Position numbers and translations under genes: made by a program. From a bacterium (GTDB taxonomy: Bacteria > UBA8248), in contig CBDBEV010000001.1 of assembly GCA_965204535.1 (NCBI GenBank), forward strand, positions 2,784,001 to 2,848,000: DNA of 64,000 nucleotides, read 5' to 3'. Numbering within the stretch: position 1 is the stretch's first letter; each line of letters starts with the position of its first letter. Shown in pieces: positions 48,041 through 58,598 of the stretch. Under the pieces are notes generated by a model. The model searched no databases. It was not told the origin of the DNA and saw only the letters and a program-made list of their open reading frames with translations.

Positions 48041-48604
48041 CTACTCGGGGTGAGGGGTATCGGGCGGCGCGGCGGTGCGGCGGATGAGTTCCTTGAGCGC
48101 CTCCATGTTCTCATGGTGCTGTTCGCTTTGCTCCCCGCGCAGCGCCTTGAGCGCCTCCATGTTCTCGCGGTGCTGATCTTTGTGCTCCTCGCGCTGGGCG
48201 GCGAACGCTTCCATGGTCGCGATGTGCTGAGCTTTTTGATCCTCGCGCTCGGCTGCGAGCGCGTTCATGGTCGCGCGGTGTTGATCTTTGTGCTCTTCGC
48301 GCTGTGCGGCGAGCGCGCTCATGGCTTCGCGGTGCCGGGTGTCGAGCGCCTCCATGTTTTCGCGGTGCGTGCGCTCCATCGCCTCCATGGTTTCGCGGTG
48401 CTGGGCGTCGCGGTGGCGCGCGGCCTGGCGCATGAAGTAGAGGCCGTAGGCGATCAGGGAGCACTGCGCGGCCCCGACGAGCGCGGCGACCCACACCGAG
48501 GCCTGCTGCGCCGCGAGGGACGCTTTCTGGATGGCCAGGGATGCTTCCTGCAGCGCGAGTGTGGATTCCTGGATGGCGAGGCTTGCGGCTTCGTATTCCG
48601 TCAT
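48041..48604 (-). CDS. membrane-anchored coiled-coil protein with 11/18-aa HxxxM repeats
   Basis: heptad ASLAIQx repeats, TM segment, seven HxxxM units; TTGACA promoter-like element upstream. Confidence 0.75.
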   Translation of the reverse strand: MTEYEAASLAIQESTLALQEASLAIQKASLAAQQASVWVAALVGAAQCSLIAYGLYFMRQAARHRDAQHRETMEAMERTHRENMEALDTRHREAMSALAAQREEHKDQHRATMNALAAEREDQKAQHIATMEAFAAQREEHKDQHRENMEALKALRGEQSEQHHENMEALKELIRRTAAPPDTPHPE

Positions 48605-48721
48605 TCGGTTTTCCCCCACGTTAGTGGGTCCTCATAGGCGTTACTCTAATGCGCCGCCGCGCGTTTTGTCAAGATGAATGCCGGGCGGTGGGGGAGCGAG
48701 ACCGAACGGGGAGAAGAGCGT

Positions 48722-49090
48722 TTCACTCCCCCCTTGAGGGTCTGGCTTCCCGAGGGGAAAGCCAGACGAAGAAGCCGAGCGATTTTTGCGAAGGCTGAAT
48801 CGGTGGGGGGACGATTCTAAAGTAAAAGCTCCCCCCACCGAATCGCTTTCGGGCTTACGCCCTCAGCTCTTCGACTCCCCCTCAAGGGGGGAGTGAAATA
48901 CCTTGGGGGTCATTGCTGACTGATGAAGGAAGAACCAACGCAAGGGGGTTTTTCTTCCACCCCCTCGTTGGCGGGCGTCGCCTTTTCATACCCCCCTGAC
49001 AAGGGGGGGCAGGGGGGGTTGGTTTTGGGGCGAGGGAGATGTAGTGACAGTCCCTCCTCGGGGCTGTCCGAGGCCCCCGTGCCTGTCCGA
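48722..49090. repeat. CTCCCCCCTTGAGGG-type palindrome plus neighbouring repeat arms
   Basis: TCACTCCCCCCTTGAGGG ... CCCTCAAGGGGGGAGTGA. Confidence 0.8.
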
Positions 49091-49148
49091 AAAAAGACAA
49101 CCGCAGAGGGCAGGACAACGCCCGTCATTTTTCTCTGCTATTCATCCC

Positions 49149-50993
49149 TCAAAACACCATCCTTAGGGCGAGCGAGAGGTGGTGGCTGCGGCGCGAGTCT
49201 TCGCCGAAGCGTCCGGAGTAGCTCAGGAGGCCGCTCGCGCGCTCGCCGAGTTTCGCGCTCAGCCCAAAGTCTGCGCTCACGGTGCTGACCGAGGGCGTGA
49301 AGCCCGGAAGCGTGAAGCGTCCGGGCATGGTGTTCGAACCCGCCGAGACGAGGACGGGGTCGTCCTCGAGTTCGCGCTCATAACCGATGCGGGCGTAGGG
49401 GCGGAACCCGCCGACGCTCCAGTCGAAGCCGTAGCCGCCGCGCATGACGAGCGAGTTGCGCGAGAAGTCCGAAAAATTCATCGCGGCCGAAGAATTTCCG
49501 TTCTCCCGGTAGCCCTTGACCTCCTGGTTGAGCAGCGAGAGACCGAAGAACGGGCCGTGCCGGAGAGTCTCCGAAGCGCCCAGCGTACACGTCAGGTCGA
49601 GTTCGCCCCCGAACTGGGCGGCATCGGTGGAGCCGCGCTCGGTGCGCACCGCCGCGCCCAGGGCGATGGAGCGCTCGACGTCCACCGAGGTCTGCCCCAG
49701 GGTCAGGGCGACGCTCACCTGGAGGCCGCCGCTGCGCCACGCGCCGTGCAGCGAGCCGAGCACCGCGTCGCCTTCGAGGTTCGCGCCCGCGAGTTCGTTC
49801 TCATGAAGGGCGATGCTGAGCGCGGCGCCCCAGGAGAGGTCGGGACCTGCGCGGTGGCCCGCGCCCAGGGTGAGCGCCGTCATGTCGGATTCGATATCCC
49901 CGAGGCGCGCGAAGGCGCCCGCGTCGCTCATGCCGAACCCGCCCCGCGCATAGCCGCGCCAGCTCCCGACGGGCAGCGCGAAATCCGCGGCCCGCTCCGC
50001 CGAGATGACGCCGTGGTGCGCCTCCGCCGCCTCGACGCCCGCCTCGCCCGCGAGCGAAACCTGGAGCGGGGCCGCGAGCGCGGCGGTGACGAGGTTCGCG
50101 AGCATCGCGTGGACGGCGCCGCCCGGGTGGCTGCGGTCCGCGAACAGATGCGTTTCGCCTGCGCCCGGCGCGTAGGTGACGGGAAAAGGAGAACCCTCGG
50201 GCCCGCACTGGATGGAGAGGGCGCTGTCTGCGTTCGGCGCCCCGCAGGCCGTCCCCGTGACGCTGGTGAAGCCGTACCTCCCGGGATTCGCGGCGATTTC
50301 GCCCAGCAACGCATGGGCGTTGACGGAGATGACGCCCTCCTCACGCTCGCGAATGCCGGCATGGAGTTTCTCGTTGTATTGGCCGACCAGCGCGGAAAGC
50401 CCCGCCTGAACGGCGGGACCCAGGGTGACGGCGTAGGGCGCCTGGCCGGCGTCGGGCATGTTGAAGACCACGACGCGGCGGGCGCCCGCCGCGCGGAGTC
50501 GCCCAATCTGCGCGGCGTTCACGTCCGCAGCCGCAAGGATGTGGGCCAGCGCGTTGGGGGAGTCGTTTTGCGCGGCGTCCGAGATGTCGTTCGAGCCGCC
50601 GAAGACGGCGTAGAGCGCGTTCGGGTCGAGGCTTCCGCCGCTGGCGGCGAGATGCATGCCAATCTGCTCCGTCACCGTCGGCACGTCGGGCTGATCGCAG
50701 GGCGTGGCCGGGTTCATGCACGCCCCGGCGAAGGCGTAGTTCGGCCCGCCGGCGAGCGAGTTGCGTCCCGATGCGCCGAAGGCCCCCGCGACGAGCTCGG
50801 CCCAGACGGGGTCGGGGTTCGTGGTGAAGCTCGTGCCCGCGGGGAGCCCCTGCGTCTGGCCCACGTTGCCCGAGTCGCTCAGGCTGTCGCCGAACACGAC
50901 GAAGTCGGAGAAACTCTGGGCCGGGGCGCTCCCGGCGAACCCCAGGGTGAGAGCGAAAACGATGACGAGGAGCAGACGAAAACGATGCGGCAT
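49149..50993 (-). CDS. GDSL lipase/esterase autotransporter (EstA-like)
   Basis: VFGDSLSDSGN, G.ND, D..HP, C-terminal barrel ending in F. Confidence 0.9.
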   Translation of the reverse strand: MPHRFRLLLVIVFALTLGFAGSAPAQSFSDFVVFGDSLSDSGNVGQTQGLPAGTSFTTNPDPVWAELVAGAFGASGRNSLAGGPNYAFAGACMNPATPCDQPDVPTVTEQIGMHLAASGGSLDPNALYAVFGGSNDISDAAQNDSPNALAHILAAADVNAAQIGRLRAAGARRVVVFNMPDAGQAPYAVTLGPAVQAGLSALVGQYNEKLHAGIREREEGVISVNAHALLGEIAANPGRYGFTSVTGTACGAPNADSALSIQCGPEGSPFPVTYAPGAGETHLFADRSHPGGAVHAMLANLVTAALAAPLQVSLAGEAGVEAAEAHHGVISAERAADFALPVGSWRGYARGGFGMSDAGAFARLGDIESDMTALTLGAGHRAGPDLSWGAALSIALHENELAGANLEGDAVLGSLHGAWRSGGLQVSVALTLGQTSVDVERSIALGAAVRTERGSTDAAQFGGELDLTCTLGASETLRHGPFFGLSLLNQEVKGYRENGNSSAAMNFSDFSRNSLVMRGGYGFDWSVGGFRPYARIGYERELEDDPVLVSAGSNTMPGRFTLPGFTPSVSTVSADFGLSAKLGERASGLLSYSGRFGEDSRRSHHLSLALRMVF

Positions 50994-51230
50994 GCGAAGG
51001 ACTCCTTTTTCGGGAGAGAATTTACGTCGATAGCGAAAAGACCCGCGCGTCGAATGAGGGCAAGATAGCAAATTCACGGCGCCTGCGGCAATCAAAAACG
51101 CGCCGCTCGCAAACGCTTTGCGCATCGGGAAGGGCTCTCCTGCGGCGTTTCGCGGGATTCGGGCCTGCGGGAGTGAAACCGCCGCGAATCGTGGTATAAT
51201 GCCGTATCCGTTTCGGTTACGTCCTTAAAA

Positions 51231-51506
51231 ATGGAGTGCGGCATGGCGGACGGGTTGTCCGGTTTCAGGGAGCGAATCGACGCGTGCGATGCGCAGATCG
51301 TCCGCCTCGTCAACGATCGGCTCAAAATCTGCCTCGAAGTCGGTGAATACAAGAGCGCGCGCGGCATCGCCGTCAAGGACGAAGCGCGCGAGGGCGAGGT
51401 GCTCGCCAGGGTGCTGGACGGCAACGAGGGTCCGTGCCCGCCCGATGTCCTCAGGCGGATCTACCGCATCCTGATCGACACCGCCGTCCGCCTCGAGGAG
51501 AAATGA
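51231..51506 (+). CDS. chorismate mutase type II (AroQ)
   Basis: RERIDACDAQIVRLVNDR..VGEYK..D.ARE. Confidence 0.85.
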   Translation: MECGMADGLSGFRERIDACDAQIVRLVNDRLKICLEVGEYKSARGIAVKDEAREGEVLARVLDGNEGPCPPDVLRRIYRILIDTAVRLEEK

Positions 51507-51509
51507 TTT

Positions 51510-52054
51510 CACAGGGGGCTTTTTCAACGGTCCCCTTGCCGGTCGGTCGGGATTCCACCGCAGGGACAGGCCCCTGTGCCTGTCCGTATGGACTCGAAAA
51601 GCAACCCCCCCTACCCCCCCTTGTCAGGGGGGTATAAAAAGGCAACCCCCCGCAAAAAAAGATCAACTCCCCCCTTGAGGGTCTGGCTTCCCGAGGGGAA
51701 AGCCCGACGGTGAGGTGAGGGGGTTTTTGTTTTTCCTTGCCCCCCTGACAAGGGGGGGTAGGGGGGGTTGCTTCCAAACAGGGAATGGATTTCTCGATTG
51801 ACGTAGACTTATGAATCAACTCCCCCCTTGAGGGGGAGTCGGCAAGACGAGGGCGAAGCCCGAAGTCGCGCCGGTGGGGGGAGATGCCACAGAATAAATC
51901 TCCCCCCACCGATTCAGCCTTCGCACAAATCGCTCGGCTTCATCGACTCCCCCTCAAGGGGGGAGTTGATTTGAAATTCTTGAGGAGTGAAGTCTCCCTC
52001 TCCCCGATCGGCTACATACGCCGAATCACGAAATCAGGCCTTTCTCAACAACCC
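51510..52054. repeat. palindrome/MITE-end cluster
   Basis: palindrome pair 51604-51769, intact second-type element ~51818-51968, MITE end at 52054. Confidence 0.8.
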
Positions 52055-52175
52055 CTCGCGCCCCGGATGCGCCGCGCTTCCGCCCGTCGCGCATTTTCGC
52101 GCGAACCCTGATACAATGGCTGCTGCAATATCCATCGCCCGCCACGAGAGATCATCGCCCCGGGAGAATCCCCGC

Positions 52176-53672
52176 ATGGAACTCTGGCACGCCGCCTTGG
52201 GAGCCGCCGCTCTCGCCTTGTGCTTCTGGATCGCCGTGAGGACGCGGATATCCGCCCTGTCCACGATGCTGCGCAGCGCCGAGACGGAAAAGGCGGACGC
52301 GAAGGCGGCCCACGCCGCCGCGCAGGAGGAGAACGCGGGTTTGCGGTCGGACGTGGCGCGCCTGGAATCCGACCTGGCGCACGAGCGGAAATCGGCGCAG
52401 GAGAAGATCGACCTGCTTCGCCGCGCGACCGAAGAGATGCGCGAGAGCTTCGGCGCGCTGAGCGCCGACGCGCTCAAGAGCAACAACGCCTCGTTCCTCG
52501 ACCTGGCCAAGTCGACCCTCGAGAAGTTCCAGAGCGAGGCCAGGGGCGACCTCGAAGCGCGCCAGAAGGCGGTGGAGACCCTCGTCGCTCCCATCCGGGA
52601 GTCGCTCGACAAGGTGGGCACGCAGGTCGAGGACCTCGAACGGGCCAGGCGGGAGGCCTACGGCTCGCTCACCGAGCAGGTCAAATCCCTCGCGAGCAGC
52701 CAGAAGGAGCTTCAATCGGAGACGGGGAATCTCGTGAAGGCCCTGCGCGCGCCCAACGTGCGCGGCCGCTGGGGGGAGATGCAGCTCAGGCGCGTGGTGG
52801 AGATGGCCGGCATGGTGGCGCACTGCGACTTCGTGGAGCAGCAGACGCTCGAGGGCGAGGAGGCGCGCCTGCGCCCCGACCTCATCGTGAAGCTGCCCGG
52901 CGGGAAGAACGTGGTGGTCGACGCCAAGGCGCCGCTCGAAGCCTACCTCAACTCGCTCGAGGCGGAGGACGAGGAGGCGCGCCGCGCCTTTCTGGGAGAG
53001 CACGCGCGCCAGATTCGCGACCACATGAACCGCCTGAGTTCGAAGGCGTATTGGGATCAGTGCGAGTCCACGCCCGAGTTCGTGGCGATGTTCCTGCCCG
53101 GCGAGAGCTTCTTCAGCGCGGCGCTCGAACAGGACCCCGGCCTGATAGAGGAGGGCGTGAGCCGCCAGGTGATACTGGCGACGCCCACGACGCTCATCGC
53201 CCTCTTGCGCGCCGTGGCCTACGGCTGGCGGCAGGAGAAGGTGGCCGAGAGCGCCCAGACGATGAGCGCGCTCGGCCAGGAGCTTTACGGGCGCATCAAG
53301 ACGTTCTCTAGACACTTCGAGGCCATGGGCCGGGGGCTGGACAGGGCGGTCGAGGCGTACAACAAGGCGGTGGGCTCGTATGAGTCGCGCGTGCTGGTGT
53401 CGGCGAGAAAGTTCCGGGAACTGGGCGCCGTATCGGAAAGCGAAGGCGAGCTCGAACAGATATCGCCCCTGGAGAGAACCCCGCGCGCGATTCAGGCGCG
53501 CGAGACGGACGAGGAGGGCGGCGTTCCCGTCTTCTCCGGAGACGACCCCCCGGAGGCGGTGGAAGCCGCCGGGGCGAAAGAAGGGGAAGCGGACGAGCGG
53601 GGGTCATCTCCCGATGAGACGCCCCGCGCCGAGGATGAAAGCGACGCGAACGTCCTGAAAATCAGTCCCTGA
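52176..53672 (+). CDS. rmuC: DNA recombination protein RmuC
   Basis: [34 protein letters not shown]. Confidence 0.92.
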   Translation: MELWHAALGAAALALCFWIAVRTRISALSTMLRSAETEKADAKAAHAAAQEENAGLRSDVARLESDLAHERKSAQEKIDLLRRATEEMRESFGALSADALKSNNASFLDLAKSTLEKFQSEARGDLEARQKAVETLVAPIRESLDKVGTQVEDLERARREAYGSLTEQVKSLASSQKELQSETGNLVKALRAPNVRGRWGEMQLRRVVEMAGMVAHCDFVEQQTLEGEEARLRPDLIVKLPGGKNVVVDAKAPLEAYLNSLEAEDEEARRAFLGEHARQIRDHMNRLSSKAYWDQCESTPEFVAMFLPGESFFSAALEQDPGLIEEGVSRQVILATPTTLIALLRAVAYGWRQEKVAESAQTMSALGQELYGRIKTFSRHFEAMGRGLDRAVEAYNKAVGSYESRVLVSARKFRELGAVSESEGELEQISPLERTPRAIQARETDEEGGVPVFSGDDPPEAVEAAGAKEGEADERGSSPDETPRAEDESDANVLKISP

Positions 53673-53690
53673 TTCGCTTCACCGAGTCAC

Positions 53691-54164
53691 CTACAGACGC
53701 CTCAGCCAGGGGTGTTTTCGCCGCATCCCGTCCTGGAACCAGCGCGGGTACTCCGGCCAGCGGGCCTCGATGTGGTCGAGATCGTCCGCGTCGGGGTCGA
53801 GGTCGTTGAGCAGGAGCGTGGGGGGAAGCCGCAAGGGGAGCGTGACGACCTCGCCCCTGAGCGCGAGGATTTTCCGGGCCTCGACGAGGCGGACCCGGGC
53901 GTCTTCCGCCTCCTCTACCGCGTGAAAGCCCTTGACCACCTGGTGGAGATAGGCGCTGAAGGCTTCGAGGTTTTTCGGGAATTCCTCGAGAGGCTCCGGG
54001 CTTTCGTGCTCGAAGTGGAGGTGTCCCTCGCGGATTTTTTCCGCGATCTCCCAGATGGGCATCTGCGCGGTGAGGGGCAGGTATTCGTCCACGATGCAGT
54101 CGGCGAGGTTGTATTTGTCCATCCCCTCAAGTATGAGGTCGAAATAGTAACGGTGCCGGCGCAA
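53691..54164 (-). CDS. hypothetical protein
   Basis: 157 aa, native codon bias, GGAGG upstream. Confidence 0.65.
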   Translation of the reverse strand: MRRHRYYFDLILEGMDKYNLADCIVDEYLPLTAQMPIWEIAEKIREGHLHFEHESPEPLEEFPKNLEAFSAYLHQVVKGFHAVEEAEDARVRLVEARKILALRGEVVTLPLRLPPTLLLNDLDPDADDLDHIEARWPEYPRWFQDGMRRKHPWLRRL

Positions 54165-54332
54165 GCGGAGTCCCTCCCCTCTCGATTATCCGGTCCGAGG
54201 GTGTGTTTCGCGCTGGATTTTGTCAAGAGATGGGTTCATAATCCCCCGAAAGCCAGGGCGGGGGAGTTTCCGGCCGCGCCCGCTTCGCATATACGGTGTT
54301 CGATGAGCAAAGCAATGAAGGAGAAACGAAGA

Positions 54333-54626
54333 ATGCGCAAGACCCTCGGCATGGGATTGGCGCTTCTCGCCGCCTTTCTCGTTTTGAGCGGGTGCGGCGA
54401 CATGGTGCCGCGCGGCGTGGAGGTGATCACCGATCCTCCGGGCGCCACGGTGAAGCTCGGCAAGGAGAAGATAGGCGAATCGCCGGTCCTCATCCCCTGG
54501 AAGAAGATAAAGGATCATTACGCGGATACGTTCACGGTCGAGATCGTCAAGGAAGGGTATCGCCCCCATCATCTGGTGGCCGCGCAGTACGGGGGGACGA
54601 TACGGGTGGCCCTCCAGAAGAAATAG
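54333..54626 (+). CDS. PEGA-domain lipoprotein
   Basis: LSGC lipobox, ITDPPGATV..IGESP, KEGY. Confidence 0.75.
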   Translation: MRKTLGMGLALLAAFLVLSGCGDMVPRGVEVITDPPGATVKLGKEKIGESPVLIPWKKIKDHYADTFTVEIVKEGYRPHHLVAAQYGGTIRVALQKK

Positions 54627-54674
54627 TGTAGACTCTCCTTATTCTGTTTCCCGGCGCCAAAGAGGCAAGACGGT

Positions 54675-55340
54675 TTGGTACGCACACATGGCATGGGTTT
54701 GCTCGCCGAGTTGTTCGACTTCGCAGAAGGCGGGGAAGACGAGGCGCGCGCGTGGCTCGACGAGGTTCGCTTGTCACGGATGCTCGAAGTTCCCGGCATG
54801 GGCGGAGGCGCAAGCTATGAGGCGGTAGACGGCGCGCCGCGCTTTCTGAACCTCGTGGAAGCGGAGAACGTCCACGCCTTCTACGGCGAGGAGTTCACCG
54901 CGCTTCTGGACTCGGCCGGGATGCGCCCTCCCGTCGCGCCCGAGGCCCACATTCGCCTCGTGTGCGCGCAGGTCTATCCCGGTCTGCCGGCCCGGCCGCC
55001 CGAATTCCCCTCGGTGGACGCGGCGGGTCTCGCTCCCGTCGTTCAGTTCGGCAGGATCAACGTGCCCGAGGAGCATCTCGCCGATTTCAACGGCTGGTAC
55101 GCCTGCGACCGCGGCCCCCTCTGCGAGAAGGTGCCGGGGGTGAGGCGCCTGCGTCGCTACAACACCGTCGAGGGGCCGAGGCTCATGATCGTCCTCTACG
55201 AGATGGAAGGCGAATCCGTGCGCGAGACGCCCGAGTGGAAACACATGAACGCTTCGGAGTGGACGGCGCGCGTACGGAGCTACTACCGCCAGGAGCCCGG
55301 CTCTCCCGGCGTCTACAAGCGCAGGGGCTACGCCCGTTAG
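54675..55340 (+). CDS. EthD/DUF4286-like dimeric alpha-beta barrel protein
   Basis: duplicated FN.WY..VPG..RRY domains; start probably slightly downstream. Confidence 0.65.
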   Translation: MVRTHGMGLLAELFDFAEGGEDEARAWLDEVRLSRMLEVPGMGGGASYEAVDGAPRFLNLVEAENVHAFYGEEFTALLDSAGMRPPVAPEAHIRLVCAQVYPGLPARPPEFPSVDAAGLAPVVQFGRINVPEEHLADFNGWYACDRGPLCEKVPGVRRLRRYNTVEGPRLMIVLYEMEGESVRETPEWKHMNASEWTARVRSYYRQEPGSPGVYKRRGYAR

Positions 55341-55564
55341 GGGCGATTCGCGCCGCCGTTATTTCCGCAGCAACCGCTTTTTCCTTTTTCATTAAGCCAT
55401 CGCTCCCCCCTCTATAAGGGTCAAACCCGATCGGAGAGGGACGTTCCGACTGCCGGGGAAGAGAATATCGTTCAATATCTCATCCCGCAGCCGCGCGCAG
55501 GGGTATCGAGTCCACTGTAGGGACAGGCCCCCGTGCCTGTCCGAAGTCGCGACCTGTCCCTACG

Positions 55565-55785
55565 GGGAGTGTTGAAAAAGTCCCTGAGAGGGGAATGGTA
55601 ACTTCTTGAAAAGCAACCCCCCCTACCCCCCCTTGTCAGGGGGGCAAGAAAAAGCAAAAGCCCCTCAACCGGCGGGGGCATATCGCCTTTTTTACCCCCC
55701 TGACAAGGGGGGGTAGGGGGGGTTGCCTTTCTATCCGAGAGGGGCTTCTCCTCTACCCCTGAAATGTGGGCTATTCAGCAACCCC
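55565..55785. mobile_element. IS1182-end MITE inserted at a REP end
   Basis: TSD CTACG (55560-64, 55786-90); interior homologous to 7943-8181. Confidence 0.8.
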
Positions 55786-55822
55786 CTACGGGTGCGGCGG
55801 CCGGGATGATGCGTCGCTCCCC

Positions 55823-56605
55823 CTACCTCGGGAAGCGGCTGAAGTCGGGCGGCCTTTTCTCCTTGAACGCGTTCATCCCCTCGACGGATTGCTCGTTGTT
55901 CCACACGGCGTTGAGCAGTTCGCTGCCGTGCATCCAGGAGGGGTAGTGGAGGTCGCCCAGGAAGTTCAGGTTCGTCTTCATGTAGCGCAGCGTGGCCGGG
56001 GCGTGGGAGTTGATGGTGGCGCACCACTCCTCGGTCGTCTTCTCCAGTTCGTCATCCGGCACGACTTCGTTGATGAGGCCGACTTCCTTGGCCTCCTGCG
56101 CGGGGTAGCGCTTGGCCAGGAACAGCATCTCGCGCGCCCTGCGGTCGCCCATCAGAAGCGGGAGGTACTGCGTGGCGCCCACCACGGGCAGCGCGCCCAC
56201 GCGCGCGCCCGATTGCCCGAACGTCGCGTTCTCGCTCGCGATGCAGAGGTCGCAGTAGAGCTGCCACTCGTTGCCGCCGCCGATGCACCAGCCGCGCACC
56301 ATGGCGATGGTGGGCTTGCCCGAGTTCCTGAGCGTCATGCACAGGCGCCGCATCTTGTTGTTCCAGACGTGGCCCGTCTGGTAGTTCAGCCCCAGCATCA
56401 TGTCCATGTCGCCGCCCGAGGAGAAGTTCCCGTTCAGGCCGTACAGGACGCCCACGCCGATGTCGGGGTCCTCATCGAGCTGCGTGAAGGCTTCGATGAC
56501 TTCGTTGATCATCTGGAAATTCATCGCGTTCAGCGTTTTGGGGCGGTTGAGCCCCACCCAGAGGGTTCTGTCTTTCACCTCTACGACGGTTACTCTGTCC
56601 GACAT
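55823..56605 (-). CDS. crotonase-family enzyme (BadI/MenB-like)
   Basis: LNRP..LNA, FSSGGD, G.CIGGG.E, FGQ.G.RVG. Confidence 0.85.
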   Translation of the reverse strand: MSDRVTVVEVKDRTLWVGLNRPKTLNAMNFQMINEVIEAFTQLDEDPDIGVGVLYGLNGNFSSGGDMDMMLGLNYQTGHVWNNKMRRLCMTLRNSGKPTIAMVRGWCIGGGNEWQLYCDLCIASENATFGQSGARVGALPVVGATQYLPLLMGDRRAREMLFLAKRYPAQEAKEVGLINEVVPDDELEKTTEEWCATINSHAPATLRYMKTNLNFLGDLHYPSWMHGSELLNAVWNNEQSVEGMNAFKEKRPPDFSRFPR

Positions 56606-56747
56606 GTTCAAACTCTCCTTCTCGTCTTCGCCCGCCGCGCCGGGCGGACGCCTTGTTGAATGGAATGAATGGAATTGTCCTTGTGGTCTTTCACCAGAGG
56701 CCGCATTCTCACACACGACGCGTCGTTTTGCCAGACCGCCGCGAGAT

Positions 56748-57584
56748 CTACCAGAGCCACTCGCTCGCCCCCTTGTAGAGAAGCTGCAGGGAGACGAGCG
56801 TCATCAGCACCGCCAGGATGCGCGTGAGGGTCAGGGATTTCACCCGGTGCGAGATCGCGGCGCCCGCCTGCGCGCCCACGATGATCCCCATCGCGAGGGG
56901 AAGAATCACGCTCTTCATCGCGTGGAGGTTGCCGAGGATGAAATGAAACGCGACGGCGAGTGCGGTGGTGAAGAGAAGCTCGCACTGCGAGGTGGCGGTG
57001 GCGATGTGGGGCGGAATCCGGAGAATCCGTATCATCAGCGGCACGTGCATGGGGCCGCCCCCGATGCCCAGAAAGGTCGCCAGAAAACCCACGATGGAGC
57101 TCAGGAAGGCCCCGAGCCGGAAGCGGAAGGCGTATTCATAGACTTTGCCCTGGCTGTCCACGATGCGCCGGTGCGCGAGCGCGCCGATGCCGCCCGGGCT
57201 CTCGCGCGTCGCCTCGAAGGGAGGCGGCGGGTTGATGATGGAGATGCACAGGATCAGCAGGGCCAGACCCAGCAGGAAGTCGAACGGCCCCCGCGCGACC
57301 TCGCTCGTGGCGAAGACGCCGATTACCGCCCCGACCGAGCCGGCCAGGGCGAAAGAGACGCTCGTCTTGATGTCGATCCGTCTTTGGCGGTAATAGGCGA
57401 CCGAGCCCGAGAGGGCGTTCAGGCAGACCACGCTGAGCGAGGTGGCGGCGATGACTTCCGAGGGCTGGTCGGTGAAGATCAGCAGGAGCAGGGGCGTCAG
57501 GATGAAGCCGCCGCCCGCGCCGACCAGCGTGCCCAGCAGGCCAACGCCCAAGCCCATCGCCAGGAACTGAATGAAAAAAAGCAT
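56748..57584 (-). CDS. TauE/SafE (TSUP) transporter
   Basis: G.GGG..TP.L, GIGGGP..VP, ATATS. Confidence 0.88.
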   Translation of the reverse strand: MLFFIQFLAMGLGVGLLGTLVGAGGGFILTPLLLLIFTDQPSEVIAATSLSVVCLNALSGSVAYYRQRRIDIKTSVSFALAGSVGAVIGVFATSEVARGPFDFLLGLALLILCISIINPPPPFEATRESPGGIGALAHRRIVDSQGKVYEYAFRFRLGAFLSSIVGFLATFLGIGGGPMHVPLMIRILRIPPHIATATSQCELLFTTALAVAFHFILGNLHAMKSVILPLAMGIIVGAQAGAAISHRVKSLTLTRILAVLMTLVSLQLLYKGASEWLW

Positions 57585-57824
57585 GAAAAACCTTTCTTCG
57601 GGTGCCAGATCGTCGTCGGGGCGCTTCGGGAGGCTTCGGGAGGCGATGCGTCTTTGGGACTCGCTTGTCCTGCCTTGCGCTGATGGGGCCAGAGTCTATT
57701 ACAGGATACGGGCGAAAGACAATTTCATGCGGCGAATATCTCCTTGCGCTCGGGTTTCACTCCCGCATCGTCGGACGAGTAAAATCACAATCATGGAAGA
57801 ATGGTTTCGCCATAAATCCCTTCA

Positions 57825-58108
57825 GGGGTTGTTGAAAAACCCCGCAAAGGATGGTTTGACCCGACCAATCAGAGAGGGCGTGCCGACTCCGCTTTTGTTC
57901 GTCATTCCGGCGCATGCCGGAATCCAGGCGGACGGGAATGGAAGAAGGCGAAAATGCGGCGTCCGATACGGATGGCTGGTTTCCCTCGACCCCAGGTATT
58001 CGCATCGGCTCTGGATTCCGGCATGCGCCGGAATGACGAGCAAGGCGAGAACCATTCCCTCATCTCCATATGACAAATCGCGAAAATCAGGACTTTTTCA
58101 ACACTCCT
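57825..58108. mobile_element. MITE carrying a GTCATTCCGGC-type palindrome pair (57901-58037)
   Basis: GTCATTCCGGCGCATGCCGGAATCCAG ... CTGGATTCCGGCATGCGCCGGAATGAC inside TGTTGAAAAA/TTTTTCAACA ends. Confidence 0.7.
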
Positions 58109-58148
58109 TCTTCGGTCGTGTTTGACCCCTGAGCAACCCGCCGCTCCG

Positions 58149-58284
58149 CCTCACCCTGAGTAGCGGCGAAGCCGTGTATCGAAGGGCGAGATTCGCGCTC
58201 GCCGCAGAAATGCGCCTTTTAACCCTCCCTCCACGGTCGGCTCAAACCTTCGATACGGCGCTCACGCGCCTACTCAGGATGAGG
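58149..58284. repeat. CCTCAYCCTGAG-type palindrome pair (half copy near 48000)
   Basis: CCTCACCCTGAGTAG..GTATCGAAGG ... CCTTCGATAC..CTACTCAGGATGAGG. Confidence 0.75.
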
Positions 58285-58598
58285 TTTTGTGGCCGCCTGC
58301 GCGGTATGAAAGAGGACCGCTGTAGCAGGGCGGTCTCCAATGATCGCCCTGACCCCCCGTGGCCGCCCGCATCGGATATGTCCATCCGCGTGGTTGCGCT
58401 TCATGAGGACAGGCACAGGGGCCTGTCCCTACGGCCCCCTCCCTGGTCGGCTCCATACTCCGAATCACGAAATCAGGCTTTTTCAACAACCCCCTCAAGG
58501 GGGAGTGAGAGAGACCCTGACAGTTTCGCAAAACCTGCCCTTCGGGGTAGAATGGATTGTTCGGGATAAATAACCACCTTCTTCGGGAGGATGTGAGA

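Noticed and set aside
47030-48053. Short ORFs with PPTPPCQGG / PLRGLLKNP / VGTGRDLSL peptides
   Set aside because: These are translations of the palindromic repeats and MITE ends, recurring wherever the repeats occur.
41712-49090. CRISPR array in the repeat-dense region
   Set aside because: Repeats are inverted, nested and irregularly spaced, with no constant repeat-spacer period and no cas genes.
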